Assembly (NCBI GenBank): GCA_951406725.2
Contig: OX597818.1
Coordinates: 133,424,001 to 133,488,000, forward strand
Length of the DNA stretch: 64,000 nt
Source: Octopus vulgaris
Lineage: Eukaryota
Direction of reading: 5' to 3'
The translations under genes and the position numbers were made by a program. The notes under the pieces are model-generated. The model was not told the DNA's origin. It did no database searches and was given only the letters and a program-made list of their open reading frames with translations. Of this stretch, positions 41,401 through 55,623 are shown in pieces. How positions within the stretch are numbered: the first letter of the stretch is position 1; every line of letters starts with the position of its first letter.

Positions 41401-42155
41401 CCATAGTCAACTGCCACAAAGGTAAAGGTGATGCATCAGATACGAATAATTACAGAGATATCAGGTTGTTGGATCAGGTAATGAAAGTCACAGAGAGGGT
41501 CATAGCCCAACTAGTTAGGGAGAGAGTCAGTTTAGATGAGGTGCAGTTTGGGTTTGTACCAGGGAAAAGCATCACTGATGCTATATTTCTGGTAAGACAG
41601 CTGCAGGAGAAATACCTAGCCAAAGATAAACCTATGTACTTGGCTTTCACTGACTTGGAGAAAGCCTTTGACACGCCCCCCCCAATCCCTTATCTGCTGG
41701 TCAATGTGGAAACTAGGGATAGATGAGTGGTTAGTGAGAGCTGTACAAGCCATATACAGGGATGCTATCAGTAAGGTGTGTGTTGGCAATAAGTATAGTG
41801 AAGAATTCCAGGTACAGGTAGGGGTCCACCAAGGTTCAGTCGTCAGCCCCCTCTTATTCATCATAGTCCTCCAGGCAATAACAGAGGAATCCAAGACAGA
41901 ATGCTCCTGGGAGCTTCTGTATGCTGATGACGTTGCTCTAATAGCTGAGGCACTATCAGAACTGGAGGAGAAGCTACAGGTGTAGAAGCAAGGTCTAGAA
42001 CTGAAGGGCATTAGAGTCAATCTAGCTAAAACCAAAGTCTTAATAAGTAGGGAAGCAGAAAAATCACAAATCCCTTCAGGTAGATGGCCCTGCTCGAACT
42101 GTAGAAAAGGCATAGGTAGAAACTCCATAAGATGTACCCAGTGTAAGTTATGGAA
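41401..42155 (+). mobile_element. RTE-clade LINE reverse-transcriptase fragment
   Basis: KGKGD..DTNNYRDIRLL, QFGFVPGKS, FTDLEKAFD, GVHQGSVVSPLLF, LLYADD; contains a frameshift and stops. Confidence 0.9.
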
Positions 42156-42539
42156 TCTGTTTGATATTTATTAATTAACTTAAATTCTTAAAACATATCA
42201 TACTATATCATGTTTACTGTATGATGTTTATAGGACAAAAATTAAATGAAGAAAAGTTAAGACTGTGATTTTATTTAATATTTAAGGTTCAAATATTATT
42301 TAATATTTAAGGTTCAAATTAATACAATTTAAAGCAGAATATGTTTAATCTTCATCAATTTATTCCAGAAAATGAAGAACAAAACTATCATTAACACACC
42401 ATATGCAAAATAAACAACTTCAAAAACAGGGTCTCTTTACTCAATACAGGGTACAGTATATTTCATGGTATTGTACAGTATTCATTTCTGGGAGCCAGAT
42501 GAGATGTCCAGTATTAGATATATATATAAATACATATAC

Positions 42540-42588
<49 letters not shown>

Positions 42589-42953
42589 TGTGTGTGCATG
42601 AGTGTGTGCGTGAGTGTGTGCATGCACACGCTTTATTATTATAACTATTGTTTAGGTGGCAAGCTGGCAGAACTGTTAGTGTGCCAGGCAAAATGCTTAG
42701 TGGCATTTTGTCCATCTTTATGATCTGAGTTCAAATTCCACGGAGGTTGACTTCACTTTTCATCCTTTTATGGTCAATGAAATAAGTACCAGTTGTGTAC
42801 TGGAGTCGATGTAATCAACTTACCTCGAACTTGCTGGCTTTGTGCCAAAATTTGAAACCACTATTATTACTATTGTTAATAAATGTAATTAGTGATATAA
42901 TTGTTATAAAGTATTTATAAAACTCTATAATCCGAACATACACTCTCCCTCCC

Positions 42954-42995
<42 letters not shown>

Positions 42996-44232
42996 CCACA
43001 TGATTTTTTTATATTTTGTTAATTAAATTGAAACTAGAGAGCTACTGAGATTAATAATGAGGGAAAGAAAAGTTTTCCTCTGAGTCATTTTGTATTGGTG
43101 ATAAATCATATTTTACAGTGGAGAGGACATGGACACTGATTGAGCAACAAGCCTACTCTCTTTTAAGTTCAAATTCTGCTAGTGTTGACTTGTACTGAGA
43201 TTGAGCAAGTAAATATCAGTAACATAGCAAGTCAGTGTCAATAAACTACAGAAAAATTTTGTCTTATTTCTCTTCAAAAGCAATCGATATTTTACCTGGA
43301 CACTGAAATGCTGAAATTCAAGTTCTGAAAAGTGGCTAAAAGCACTGTCCGTAATGAGTGATTCAAATTAGCATTAAAAAAATTTCCATTTTGTGAAAAT
43401 ATCCAAGGTATTTTTAGGGATTTCCAATAACTACAGTAATATTTTTTATTGCTTTCAATCATTCTTTGACATACAGTGTCAAAGATGATAGCAGAGTATA
43501 AAATCAACTGATGCCCCTTATTTTGCTTTTGTTTGCTGGGGGGGAGGGGGTCTGTTATTTTTTTTTTTTGGTTGAGATTTTATCCATGACTAAATTCAAT
43601 TAATTTTCAGTTATTTGTGCATTAAATCTTCTAAAGATTAACTAGATCAATACTTTGATTTTCCAAGTTCACAACAAATCTCGAATTGAGAATTGTTGTG
43701 AACTTGTGAAATCAAAGATTTCAAAAGTCTCAAGATAAAAGGAAATGTATTTTAGTGGACTTGCCAAGTGCCTCTTTTAAACTAAATACCAGATGAGTCT
43801 GTATGGGTCATTTGTGTTGGTGGTGACATGCTTTAGAATATCAATTGGATCAATGTGATTTGAATATGAGCAGAAATAAAAACAACAACAAAAAAAAAAC
43901 AGAATAGAACAGAAGAGATAATTTCATTAGTCACCACAACATACATTCTGCCAAACTTTTCCGTTTTTCTTTTTTTATTCCGTTTTTTTTTTTTTTTTTT
44001 TTTCATTTTTTTTTGTAATGATACATTAACTAACTAATGACGAGAAATATTCTGAAACCAATAGAAATTTATATTGACTTGGAAGAACTTTGAGGGAAGT
44101 ATCCGTATTTGCTAACTGTGTTCCCTGATATCACACGTTTGAAATATGCATAAATGTGACCATTTTTGTAATTTCTTCAATCTATCAAATTACTCAATGA
44201 AACTTTTTAAAAATGTATATATATACATATAC

Positions 44233-44293
<61 letters not shown>

Positions 44294-46050
44294 CACTCAC
44301 TCACACACACACACACATATTTTAGTCTTTAAGTGCATGTACAGGGGCAGGGTGAGTGTGAAGATAAAGAGAGGATGAGGAGAGAAAGGGCATGAAAGAG
44401 AGAACTAGGAAGTAAATTTAATCAAATTTCTGAACAAATTAAACAGGTTGGATGAATAGAAAAGAACAATTAAAACTTTGAGTGAATATTTGATAATAAA
44501 ATACCAAGGCATGTTGTGTGAAGTGCTTCAAAGAGGAACTTTTAGTCAACTTTGACATTTTTTTTTAATTTTAAAGACTAGTGAATGTGTTTAAATATAC
44601 AGTAGCTGATATTGTGGTGACATGAACAAGCTGGCCTGTGATAAAAAAAAATATTGTTGTTCACAATAATAGAATGGGTAGAAGACAAAGAGACAAAATG
44701 GTATTTGATACAAAACGAAAAAAAGAGAGAGAGAAAGAGAGAGAATCACAAATAATGAGAGAAGCATATTGAATGTGATAATTATCAAAGAGTATACAAA
44801 TTAGCTGTGTGTGGCAGTTGGCAGTTTTATCACTTCCATGCCTACAGAAGAATTTATTTTTCATTTTGTTTTTTTATGTTTTTTTTTTCTTTTTTTGTCT
44901 TTTTACTTGGCTGCTTCTTGTCACAAAAGAAGACAACATTAGATTAGGTGTAAAACATTCAAAATCACTATTAAAAGTTAAGTATATTGTCAAAGAGAGG
45001 AAGCTGGGATATGAAAGCATCATGCATGACATTTTCAAGAAATTGACCCCCAGGAATGTGCATTATTCACACCACAAAACAAGCCAGTTTGTCAAAATAG
45101 TTGTCAATTTCTATAACATTGATTAGTTGCAGCAGAAAAGAATCATAATTAATATAGATAATAAACCTCATTAGTACTAAATGTTCTCATTCGCATTATG
45201 GTTTTCGTGAAATAAAAGATGATTTGCAACAGCAATCACTTTACAAAAGATGAAACTTGAATAGTTTATGATAATATGTTACTCTGAAACCTTTAAATGT
45301 TTTGGGTTATCTAAGGCTCTAAGCTTTCACTACACTAATGAAATTACTGTTATCATCTAGGTCAAACGGTATTAAGTTTTCTGTAATAGAGAAACAAGAT
45401 TGTATCCTTTTCAAACATTGAGGTTATTATCAAGTATAGTTATTTACCGTTACTTGGAGAAGAAACTGTGAGGAAACTATTTAGTTTCTTTTCAGGCACA
45501 CAGCATTCTTGTAAAATGTTATAATGATAAACAAACTAAAGGTTAATTAAATACATGCATACTTAGACCATATGTACGGGGTAGCTAAAGTGGTAAACAA
45601 CTATTTTCATTTCACTCATTCTTATAAATTATCTTAATGATTTGACTTATCAATAGATTTGAATTCAGAACATAAACAATCAGAGTAAACATTGCAAAGG
45701 CATTATTTTTGTCTGATGTTCTAATGATTTTTGCCATTGAATTACAAAATATTCAGCCCAGTTTCACTTCTTTGTTGAAATGAATTAATTTTATAGAGAT
45801 GATTTGATGAAAGCATTATTGTCACACAGGCTAATTTGTCTACAGACTTTGGCTATTTTACCAAAGTAGGTATGAAGGATCTTGTGTGAAGCCCTAATTA
45901 CTACTTAAACTAATAAAGGAGCTGCTACATGGTCACTCAATCTGCTAGAAATAGCAACCAAATCTGAAATCACAGCATACAATCTTTATAATATAGATAT
46001 GCCTGGGAAAAAGAAAAACAAACTGCTGGCCTCAATTAGAAATCTTTTAA

Positions 46051-46271
46051 CCCTTTAGCATTTAAACCAGCCATATCCGGCCAAAAGTATTCTGCCTGTT
46101 TTATGTTCAAACTGGCCAGATCTGGTCTCTCACACCAACCCTACAATACTGTTTTAAAAATTAATAGCTATCTCATCAAAATTTCATAGCTACAAGATAA
46201 TGCATGATTAGTTCAAAACAATGTGGATTAAAAAGCATTAATTTTGGCAGAATAATGTGAACACTAAAGGG
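46051..46271. mobile_element. piggyBac-type MITE
   Basis: ttaa|ccctttag ... ctaaaggg|ttaa. Confidence 0.88.
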
Positions 46272-46795
46272 TTAAACACAGATCTACTTTATTAGGGCAG
46301 ACCAAACTAAAAACTCTTGTCTCTACATCCTCCCATGCCAAACCCATTAAATTAATACTGAAGCAGCAATCACTAGCCTACTAAGTCTATCAATAAGTCT
46401 AATTATTAAGATAATTTATAAGAATGAGTGAAATGAAAATAGCAGTTTACCATTTTAGCCACCTATACACATAGTCTAAATATGCATGTATTTAATTAAC
46501 CTATGGTGGTGAGCTGATTGAATCATTAGCACACTGGGCAAAATACTTAGTGGCATTTCATCTGTCCTTATGTTTGGAGTTCAAATTCTGCCAAGGTCGA
46601 CTGTGCTTTTCATCTTCTCAGGGTTGATAAAACAAATACCAGTTGAATACTGGTGTCAATGTAATCGACTTACCCCCTGCCAACTAGCTGGCCTTGTGCC
46701 AAAATTTGAAACCAGTATATTATTTAAATATGATGCCATGATAGATCATTAGCCACTACACACATTTTTTTTCTCTCCTTGTTTTTTCTGTGTCC

Positions 46796-46831
46796 CTTTC
46801 TGTAGAAGAGCATAGGCTCGAAATGTAAAAG
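46796..46831 (+). ncRNA. Hammerhead-like fold with U at core position 6, in a Penelope-type terminal repeat (about 46740-46928)
   Basis: cttt CTGTAGA a gagc atag gctc GAAA t GTA aaag. Confidence 0.5.
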
Positions 46832-47251
46832 ACTTTTTCTATTCTTGAGTGTTATACTAATACATCTGTTTGTTTTGTACACCACCTGTCTTCGTCTTTT
46901 GTTGTTTTTTCGTAAACTCTCCCTATATTATTTAAATACTTGCTTACATTAATTGTAATAAAGTACCAAATATTGAAAATATTTTTTTACATTAGCATCT
47001 AACCATGGATGTAAAGCAGGCTGAACCAATTACTTGCCACATGCTTTAGTACCTATTTTATTGAACCTGGACAAATGAAAAGCATAGTAGACAAGTAAAT
47101 ACTATAAAGAATTCAATCTATGCATCCTATTGTTTTTTCCACTCCAATGATTTTTCCATAAATCGTTATAGCATAAATTTCTAATATAAGATCAATCATA
47201 AAAGTTCTAAACCTAAACTACAGTCTAACAAAACATGTTAATCCAGTTTAA

Positions 47252-47472
47252 TCCTCTAGCATTCAAACTGGCCATATCAGACCCAAATATTCTATATGCT
47301 TTATGATCAAACTGCCTAGATCCAACCTCTCAAACCTATCTTACAATGCCATTCTAAAAACAAACATTCACATCATTGAAATCTTAAAGCTGAGAGACTA
47401 ATGCATAATTAATTCAAAACAATGTAAATAAATAAGTATTACATTTGACAGAGTAATTTGAATGCTAAAGGA
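47252..47472. mobile_element. piggyBac-type MITE (older copy)
   Basis: ttaa|tcctctagcattca ... tgaatgctaaagga|ttaa. Confidence 0.8.
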
Positions 47473-48149
47473 TTAAGAAACTCTCCATATGAATGTATCA
47501 GGCAATTGAAGACAAAGACCTGATCAACTGAAATATAGTTTTTTGATGTAAACACACAGAAAAAATCTTAATCATGTAGAACTTTATAATTATTAATGCT
47601 ATTAAGTTCAAGTCATCAAGATGTTTGAAGAGATGTTATAGGATTCTATTGCACCCTCTTTCATAGGATAAGGAATACAGTAGTGCTTTTCCGTTAAGAA
47701 GAGACACAGAGACCTCAAACACTCACTGCAGCTACCATTACTTAGACCCTAAATTAATTTGTCACCAGATTTACATACAATTTACTGTGTTTGAGACCTT
47801 CATCAAACTTACATGGGCTCTTAATGTCTTATCAGTTTTATGACAACATGCTGTTGAGAATATCATTAAGTGTTTCATTATCCCCAAAGATGACATATAA
47901 GGGACAGTTGCATTTCAATGATATAAGAATCTAAACCTAAACTAATCTATATACAATGGCTACAGATCACATATGATATCAAATATGATACATATGATAT
48001 CAAATCTCCTTACAGACATATATTGCTGACTGACAAAAGTAGATTCCATTCCAGCTCCATAGTTCAGAGGTTAGAGGTAAGTATTATACACATCTGTAAA
48101 ATCGGTCAAGAAAAACCATGTCACACATGAAAGTATGGTATAAAGCAGT

Positions 48150-48190
<41 letters not shown>

Positions 48191-49899
48191 GTGTGTGAGT
48201 GTGTGTGTGCATGCATGCATGTGTACACATGTGTGCAGGCATGCCTGCATACATGCAAGCATGCATGCATGTGTGTGTCAGTTCTAAACTTTGTTTTGAA
48301 CCTAGGACTTGTTTCAGATCAAGAAATTTTTTATAAAAAAATGTTGGAATTTTGCCGAATATACAATGACATCATCAAAAATCTAACCAGCAAAATTGTA
48401 TGTAAACAAAAACCAGATTTTTGCTCATCAAATAATGACATCGTCACACCTCTGTCCACTGTCCAATCAGATTTGTTACGGAGCTTATACAAGAAGCTTA
48501 TTTTAAGGACAAAGGTAATGAGAGTCAGGAACTAAATGATATGAGCTTTGCAGCTCACACCACTTAGCTTCTGACTCTCATCAGGTGAAATTTTTGTATT
48601 CAGCAGGGTCGTCACACTTACTACTAGCAAAATGATGACCTATCAAAAGACTATCATGGCTAAACTTTCTGAATGGTATACAAATGAAAAATTACCTTCA
48701 ATATTTTTAACAGTGCAACTCACTTGATAATGAGTCATGTCTCATGTAGCTTGCTTTTCAACAAAGGTTGTCTATTCCTGGTCTATACTAATATTGGTTA
48801 AAATCTTTTGCATTTGTACAATCACCACTTCTACAGAAATATTCTTGTTTGTTTTTTCTGTAAACACATATTTAACCATTATGAACAAGACTTTTCTTTT
48901 CTATTTTTCCCTTTTGCTCTGCTGGATGGCTAGATCTTGTATTATCTTAGTAACAATAAATGCCTTATGAAAATCTGGATATCATCTCATCTTCACTTCA
49001 CTGACCTTAGCTCTTACCCCAATGTTATACTGATGATTCTGACATGATGAACAGACAAGAGTACATGCATTTGTATCAGGCTCTATTCAATATCAAATAA
49101 TATTTAATAGAGCCTGATATATTATGAGAGCTGATACTCACATCCATTCATTTCTTTATTAATGTTAACCACCATTTCATTTCAACCTATTGTTACATAA
49201 ATATATTTTTACAAAATATTAAAACCTTGCATGTGTGCCATTTAGAATGCATCAATTAACGTCTAAAATTTACAAACTCTAAGCCTATTTAAGGTTTTCC
49301 AAATATTTATTGAATAGCATAAATTATTGTTATAATATAGGCTCCAATGTAATCTGTGTTCATCCACTGTATAGGACAAATCATCTTGACAAAAACTAAT
49401 CTCTCCTTAAGCTATACCAAATAGAAAGAGAGCAGTTATGACAGATACAAGGCTAGGTGAGAGGGAGTAAGAAATTTTTATTGGATTTATTAAAAATGTG
49501 GTTGAAAGTTTGATTTTAATGATCATCATCGTTTAACGTCCGTTTTCCATGCTAGCATGGGTTGGACGGTTCAACTGGGGTCTGGGAAGCCAGAAGACTG
49601 CGCCAGGCCCAGTCTGATCTGGCAGCGTTTCTACAGCTGGATGCCCTTCCTAACGCCAACCACTCCATGAGTGTAGTGGGTGCTTTTTACATGCCACCGG
49701 CATGGGGCCAGACGAGGCTGGTAACAGCCACAATTGGATGGTGCATTTTACGTGCCACCGGCATGGAAGCCAGTCGGAGTGGTGCTGGCAACGGCCATGT
49801 TCGGATGGTTCTTTTACGTGCCATTGGCACTGGTATCACAGCTACAATTTCCATTTAAGATTTTAAAAAATAAATTATATGGTTCACATCACTCTTCTC

Positions 49900-50590
49900 C
49901 CTCCAGGTTTGATCCTTACAAAAATTATTTTTTTAAATCTTAAAATCAAACTTTCTACCACAACATAAGTATTACTCCATTTTCAATAAATATTCAATAA
50001 AAATCACACCTAACCTTGAATCTATCATAGTTGCTCTCAATAGTCACAAACTCTGAGGCCAGTCCATTGAACATATGAATCCTTATATAGCACCCCAATC
50101 AGATCCAGACAATAATAGTACCACAGCTATTAATAACTCTCCTAGGTTAAGTAATTCTAAATTGATGACAGTATCCTGCAACCCTGATTACCAAATAATG
50201 TATACCAGTCCCAACATAACCATTCATCCCAATTCTGTTATAAATTCCAACTTAGACCCTCCCTTACTGACATCAAATCAACATAACTTCACCTCACTAG
50301 GATGGTGCTTTAACTATCAAGCAAACGAAAATTCCTGTAGCTGTCACACATCCAATTTATGCCCACTCAAGGAATTTTGTTTACATAAAAATGTGATATA
50401 TAAATGCACTGTGAGGACACCCCACAACCACCAGTAGACTTTATGCATAGATATTGTGCACATATCAATTCTTTTATCAACTCAAAAAGCAAATGTTTTA
50501 CTTCACTAGCTACACATATCTGTAATCTCAAAGCTCAAAATATACAGTACAAACTATCCTGGTCAATAGTTATGGAAGCACCCACTCCCC
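49900..50590 (+). mobile_element. Decayed Penelope-like element (GIY-YIG region)
   Basis: SCSCHTSNLCPLKEFCLHKNVIYKCTV ... RYCAHINSF ... TSLATHICNLK..NIQYKLSWSIV resembles the Cys-rich linker and GIY-YIG domain of Penelope-like elements. Confidence 0.65.
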
Positions 50591-50996
50591 TTATAATTTA
50601 TATATGGAGTTTTGTATATTTGTCAGAAATCACCTCCTTCTTCGGAAGAAGAATTTAAATAATTAAACAGAAGAGAATGAATGAATGAACATATGTAAAT
50701 ACATCTTTACATTCTGGGTTCAAATTCCATCAAAGTCGACGTTGCCTTTTATCTTTTCAGAGTTAATAAAATAAGTACCAGTTGAACTCTAGGGTTGATG
50801 TAATCGACTACGTGCTTTACCCCAAAATTGCTGGCATAATACCAAAATTTGAAATCATTAATTCTAAGTAATATGAATTACTAACCAAAGATGAAACAAA
50901 TGAATTACAACAGATATCACAAATACACAATCCAGGACACTATACTACCTTTTATTTTTACAAACTCTCTCATTTAATACAGTGTATAATTCTTAC

Positions 50997-51153
50997 CTTG
51001 ATCAGTTGGCAGCTCCGCAATTTGTCCATCAACAAATGATAGCTTTGATTCATAAAAATCTTGTAGTTTTGTCATGTCTTCCTGAAGCTTTGTTCTATTG
51101 TTTCTTTCTTCCTCATATTTTGCTTGAATTTCAGCAAAGTGCATTTCATATTC
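50997..51153 (-). CDS. Internal exon of a kinesin-2 (KIF17/OSM-3-like) gene, coiled coil
   Basis: tgcag|GAA TAT GAA...GAT CAA G|gtaaga: 157 bp, phase 0 to 1, encoding EYEMHFAEIQAKYEEERNNRTKLQEDMTKLQDFYESKLSFVDGQIAELPTDQ. With the previous exon it gives ELEKEKENLKKEYEMHFAEIQAKYEEE, which resembles the KIF17 stalk as I recall it (EAEKQLIREEYEERLARLKADYKAEQESRARLEEDI). Family call is from memory, not a database search. Confidence 0.8.
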
Positions 51154-51709
51154 CTGCATTCAAAGAAATTGAACTAATCTTCAGTTTTCCTGTACATCTT
51201 TTCAAACATTTTCAGTCAACAAATATCAATTTAACAATTGTTTTAAATTATAAAACATTTATTTAGTTTATTGAATTTAATAATTCAAACTTATTTAACT
51301 GTATTCTTACTATTTCCATTTATTTAATTTTATGAATTTAAAAATCATCTCAATACAAACAATATAAAAATCGTTCATAATTAAAAATATCTTAATTAAA
51401 AGAGATGAAAATAAAAGCAAAACTCTGGTGAGTATGACCACAAAAATAACCAAATACATTTCCTGAACGTTTTGAAATTATCACATGATATTTACATATA
51501 ACAAACAAGTTAAAAATAATAGCAATTACATATTTTTCCTTTGTTGGAGCAAGTTAGGCTTACAGCTGTTTCCAGTAGTCACTATAGTACATTACTGATA
51601 AGCTTACTCAATTGGTCTATTGATCTATTTAGCAAAATTGAACAACCTAAGGAAAAAAAATAATGCTACTTTCATCAGAGCCAGAAGTGTGTGTGTGTGT
51701 GTATACATA

Positions 51710-52856
51710 TATATATATATATATAACACCCTAATGGGGGCCTTAACTCCCAAATTTTAGTCATTTCTTTTATGATCCAAAACTAGGTCAAAAGTACTGA
51801 ATGGATCTTTATTAAATTTGGAAATTATATTCTATGCATAAGGGCCATAACCCTCATGACAATTCATATATTTTAGTTGTTGATGAAATTTTAACCATAG
51901 ATATTAGACACAAATGAAGTAATATTTATAAAATTTCATCTTCTTACAAGTGAGAAAGAACTTAACGCCCACAATTTTGTCATTTTATCTAAGCAAAGAC
52001 GAATACAGTAGTACTCTTGGAAGCTGTAGGGTCACCCGAGCATAAAAGATGAGCATTATTTCTAATTCAAAGGTACAACAGTGTAACAGTTTGCTTTGAC
52101 ATACACTTACATTGTGATTTCTGCAATGTGGTGCATAAATTGTCAAGTAAATGAGAGGCATCTTTGCCTCCACTGATTCAGTTGCAAAGTGTTGAGTAAA
52201 GTTATTTGAATCCAGACCTCCTTTCAGTCTTTTTATTATCACCAGGTCACACATAGTCCCCAGATGGTAACATTGATTTCAAGGCCTTCCCAGATGAGTG
52301 ACTGGTTATTTAAAGACATATATAGATTGTAAATTTATTCTGTCCAATTACATATCAGTACAGTGTTCATTTGCAAACTCCAGAGGTGACACTTTCATTT
52401 CTTCTTAGCCCTCACGTCACACAGTTGCTAATGTTTATTTCAGTTGGGTCACACCCTTCCAATTGTTATAGATTTGTAATGCATCTTACGGCTGTGCCTG
52501 TCACCTGGATGGTGAGGAATCCTACATTGGGAATGGTAACAACTAGGGTAGGGTAGCTGACTGCTTATTGTAATCATTCTTTTTTTGGTTTCCTGTAGCT
52601 TTGCTCTTTTTTAGAAACCCAGTGAACATATATTTCCTATTTCAAAGAAATTCAAACAATAGATATGAGACCCAAGTTAAAAAGATTCTCAAAAATTCAA
52701 CAATTTTTTAAGGGTGTGTAAAGAGGGAAATAACCCTCATCTACAATTTTTTTGGAATTTGAAATATAGATATTCCAGTTCATTACAGAAAATATAACAG
52801 AAAAGTCTAATTCTTTAATTGCATGTAACACGGGCAATGCTGGGTATCTTTGCTGG
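51710..52856 (+). mobile_element. Possible older Helitron-like element
   Basis: The 3' end cacgggcaatgctgggtatctttgctgg resembles a hairpin-CTAG terminus; the 5' boundary is uncertain. Confidence 0.4.
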
Positions 52857-53021
52857 TAATACATATAAAGCAAGCTGATATAGCTGTATGCATAATATAT
52901 CATCTGCCAAATACCACAAAATATGATGGAAAATTTTATTCATATAAATATACATATATATAAATATATACATATATACATATATATACACATATTTACA
53001 CATATATATATACATGTATAT

Positions 53022-53072
<51 letters not shown>

Positions 53073-53085
53073 TATACATGTATAT

Positions 53086-53138
<53 letters not shown>

Positions 53139-53556
53139 CATACATATGCACACACACTGCTGTTTATGTTAATTATATATATACACATTAGCAAATTTCT
53201 AAATCATCCAATTATATGGATCATGAAAACATAAATACTAAATACATAAATGCATAAATAACATATACAGGCAGACAATTCTGTGAAGAAACATCTACGG
53301 AAATGCCAGACCTGGGAATTCACAGTGCACATAAAGGCAACACAGTGCAACAGGCGCAACCTCGGAATCTCCAAGGTCATCCTCATACACCAAAGGAAAC
53401 CAACCATCACAACAGAAGAGAGTTACAGGAAGCTAGCTAGTAACTATAGCAACAACTTTCCATGCATGTCCACTCCACACACACTCACACACACATCTGC
53501 AACATTCATTAATTTCTTGAGGATGGAGTCATAACCCCAAAATATTGAATGCAAGG

Positions 53557-54032
53557 CTGTTGGCATCCTTTTTGTCTCGGGAGACAATGGAGTTGCGCAT
53601 AAAGTAGTCTAGTCCGGCTTTTACATTTCATGTCCTGATACATTTCCTTCTGTGGCTGTGTAGTCCTATCCTGGACAAACACTCCCTCTGGCAGGTACCG
53701 CAAATGTAGCGAAGACTGTTCCTGACTGGTTGTAATGCCATAGTTTCTTGTTGACGTCTTTTCCTGTCTTTCCATTTCTTCTCTCTCTCTCTGTCACTCA
53801 TTTGTATTCCCTCTCTTACGGTACGTCGCCAGTCTCCACGGTTGCCGGCAACTGCCTCCCAACTGCTAATATTGATGTTGCAGGCCTTCATGTCCCTTTT
53901 GCAAACATCCTTGTAACGTAAGAGCGGTCTACCCACAGACCTAGTACACCTAGCAAGCTCGCCGTAGAGTATGTCCTTGGGGATTCTGCCATCTTTCATA
54001 CGGCTAACATGCCCAAGCCATCTCATACGCAA
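53557..54032 (-). mobile_element. RTE (BovB-like) LINE 3' end
   Basis: RWLGHVSRMKDGRIPKDILYGEL...GRPLLRYKDVCKRDMK, then C-terminal zinc finger CGTCQRECLSRIGLHSHRRKC. Confidence 0.9.
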
Positions 54033-55582
54033 GGTAAGTCTACATTAATTCATATATTTGTTTTCTTGTGATTTGCCTTGCTTTTACTTCGCATTGTTCT
54101 GGCCTTAACCATGATCCTTCATAAATACTAATGGCGAAGTGAGCCCAGAAAGAGCCAAAGTTGAGCTGTCGTAAGTGATGAGGCAACGAAAATTGCTGAA
54201 ATGTCACTATAAGGAATTCTTAATCAGCACTTTCCTGATGATTATGATCCCTGTTAGAGTATATGTTTTTATTCATGTGCATTAACTACATACAGTATTA
54301 GAGTGGTTTACCTCCTATTTCTAGCAATGTAGATGTTTCCTAACACCCTAGTCACATTTAGTGACATTTGTAAATCACTTTTTTGGAGAAACATTGCACA
54401 CTGCTGTTTATATTTATTTCATATATATATATATATATATAGATAGATAGATAGAAATTGAGATAGGGGTTGTAAATGCAACCCTCCATGGGATAAAATA
54501 TATCCAATATACTGCTAGTGAAGTACCCAACAAAGTTAATACATAAATGTTAATGATTGCGATGCAATCCATTCATTTACTGTACCCTTAGGCTATAAGA
54601 GAAGGCACATGCCCAAGATGCCTTGCAATGGCATATGTATGTATATACTTATTTTGATCTTAGCTGAAATATCTTATTTATCAAGTCTTTATCATTGTAG
54701 TGTACTTCTGTGTTTTCAGTTCTTAGAAAATAAAAATTAATCACTATTAATTATTATTTCTACATTAGTACAAATTACAAATACAGTATAATAATGATGA
54801 AGACTAAGTAAATCATGATGATGAAGATGATGATGATGATGAGGTGATGATTTACGAAGTCCTCATTATTATTGTACTTTATTTGTAGTAATGTGGAAAT
54901 AATAATTAATGAAGATAAATTATTTTCTAAAAGCTGAGCATTGATAATTTTAAGTGAAACACAATTTTCAATGAATGTACAAGTTTTCAACATTGCATCT
55001 ATTCAAGACTTTACCATTTTAATTAGAGAAATATGAAAATTTGAATAATTACTAGATTAGATTTAAATCAGATAAGCTAAATATATGATTGGTCTTTTGA
55101 ACTTAAGCAACATTTTTTTAGCCAAAACTCTTGATAAATGACTTTACAAATAATAGTTATAAAAGTGCTGGTTGATAATCATTATGTTTGGCAGGTTGAT
55201 AAGAATTAACTAAATATTCTGCAATGCTAAATGCTTAAGATTAGATTAGGCAAATTCTAATATTGCCATGAGAAGTAAGACTGAATTACCATTTTTAATG
55301 TGTTTAAAACATCCATATAAGCAAACAGATGAAAAATGAAAGTAAAACAATGGTGAAAGACTAATAAAGTAAAAGACAGACTTAATCTGATAAGCTCTGA
55401 CAAGTTCCAAGAAGACACCATTCGTGTGTGCGTGTATGTGTGTGTGTGTGTGCGTGTGTGTGTGTGTGCGCGTGTGTGTGTGTGTGCGTGTGTGTGTGTG
55501 TCTGTGTGTGTGTGTGTGTCTGTCTCTGTGTGTGTGTGTGAGTGTGTGTGCGTATGTGTGTGTGTGTGTATGTGTGTGTGTG

Positions 55583-55623
<41 letters not shown>

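Noticed and set aside
48318-48514. Plus-strand open segment bounded by AG/GT (DQEIFYKKML...LILRTK)
   Set aside because: No recognisable protein. Motifs such as tgacatcatc and ccaatcaga suggest an old DNA-transposon remnant, and there is no partner exon.
54170-54215. Hammerhead-like gtgatga-ggcaa...ttgct-gaaa-tgtc
   Set aside because: G3 faces G8 with no compensation and there is no convincing stem I; at best a dead remnant.
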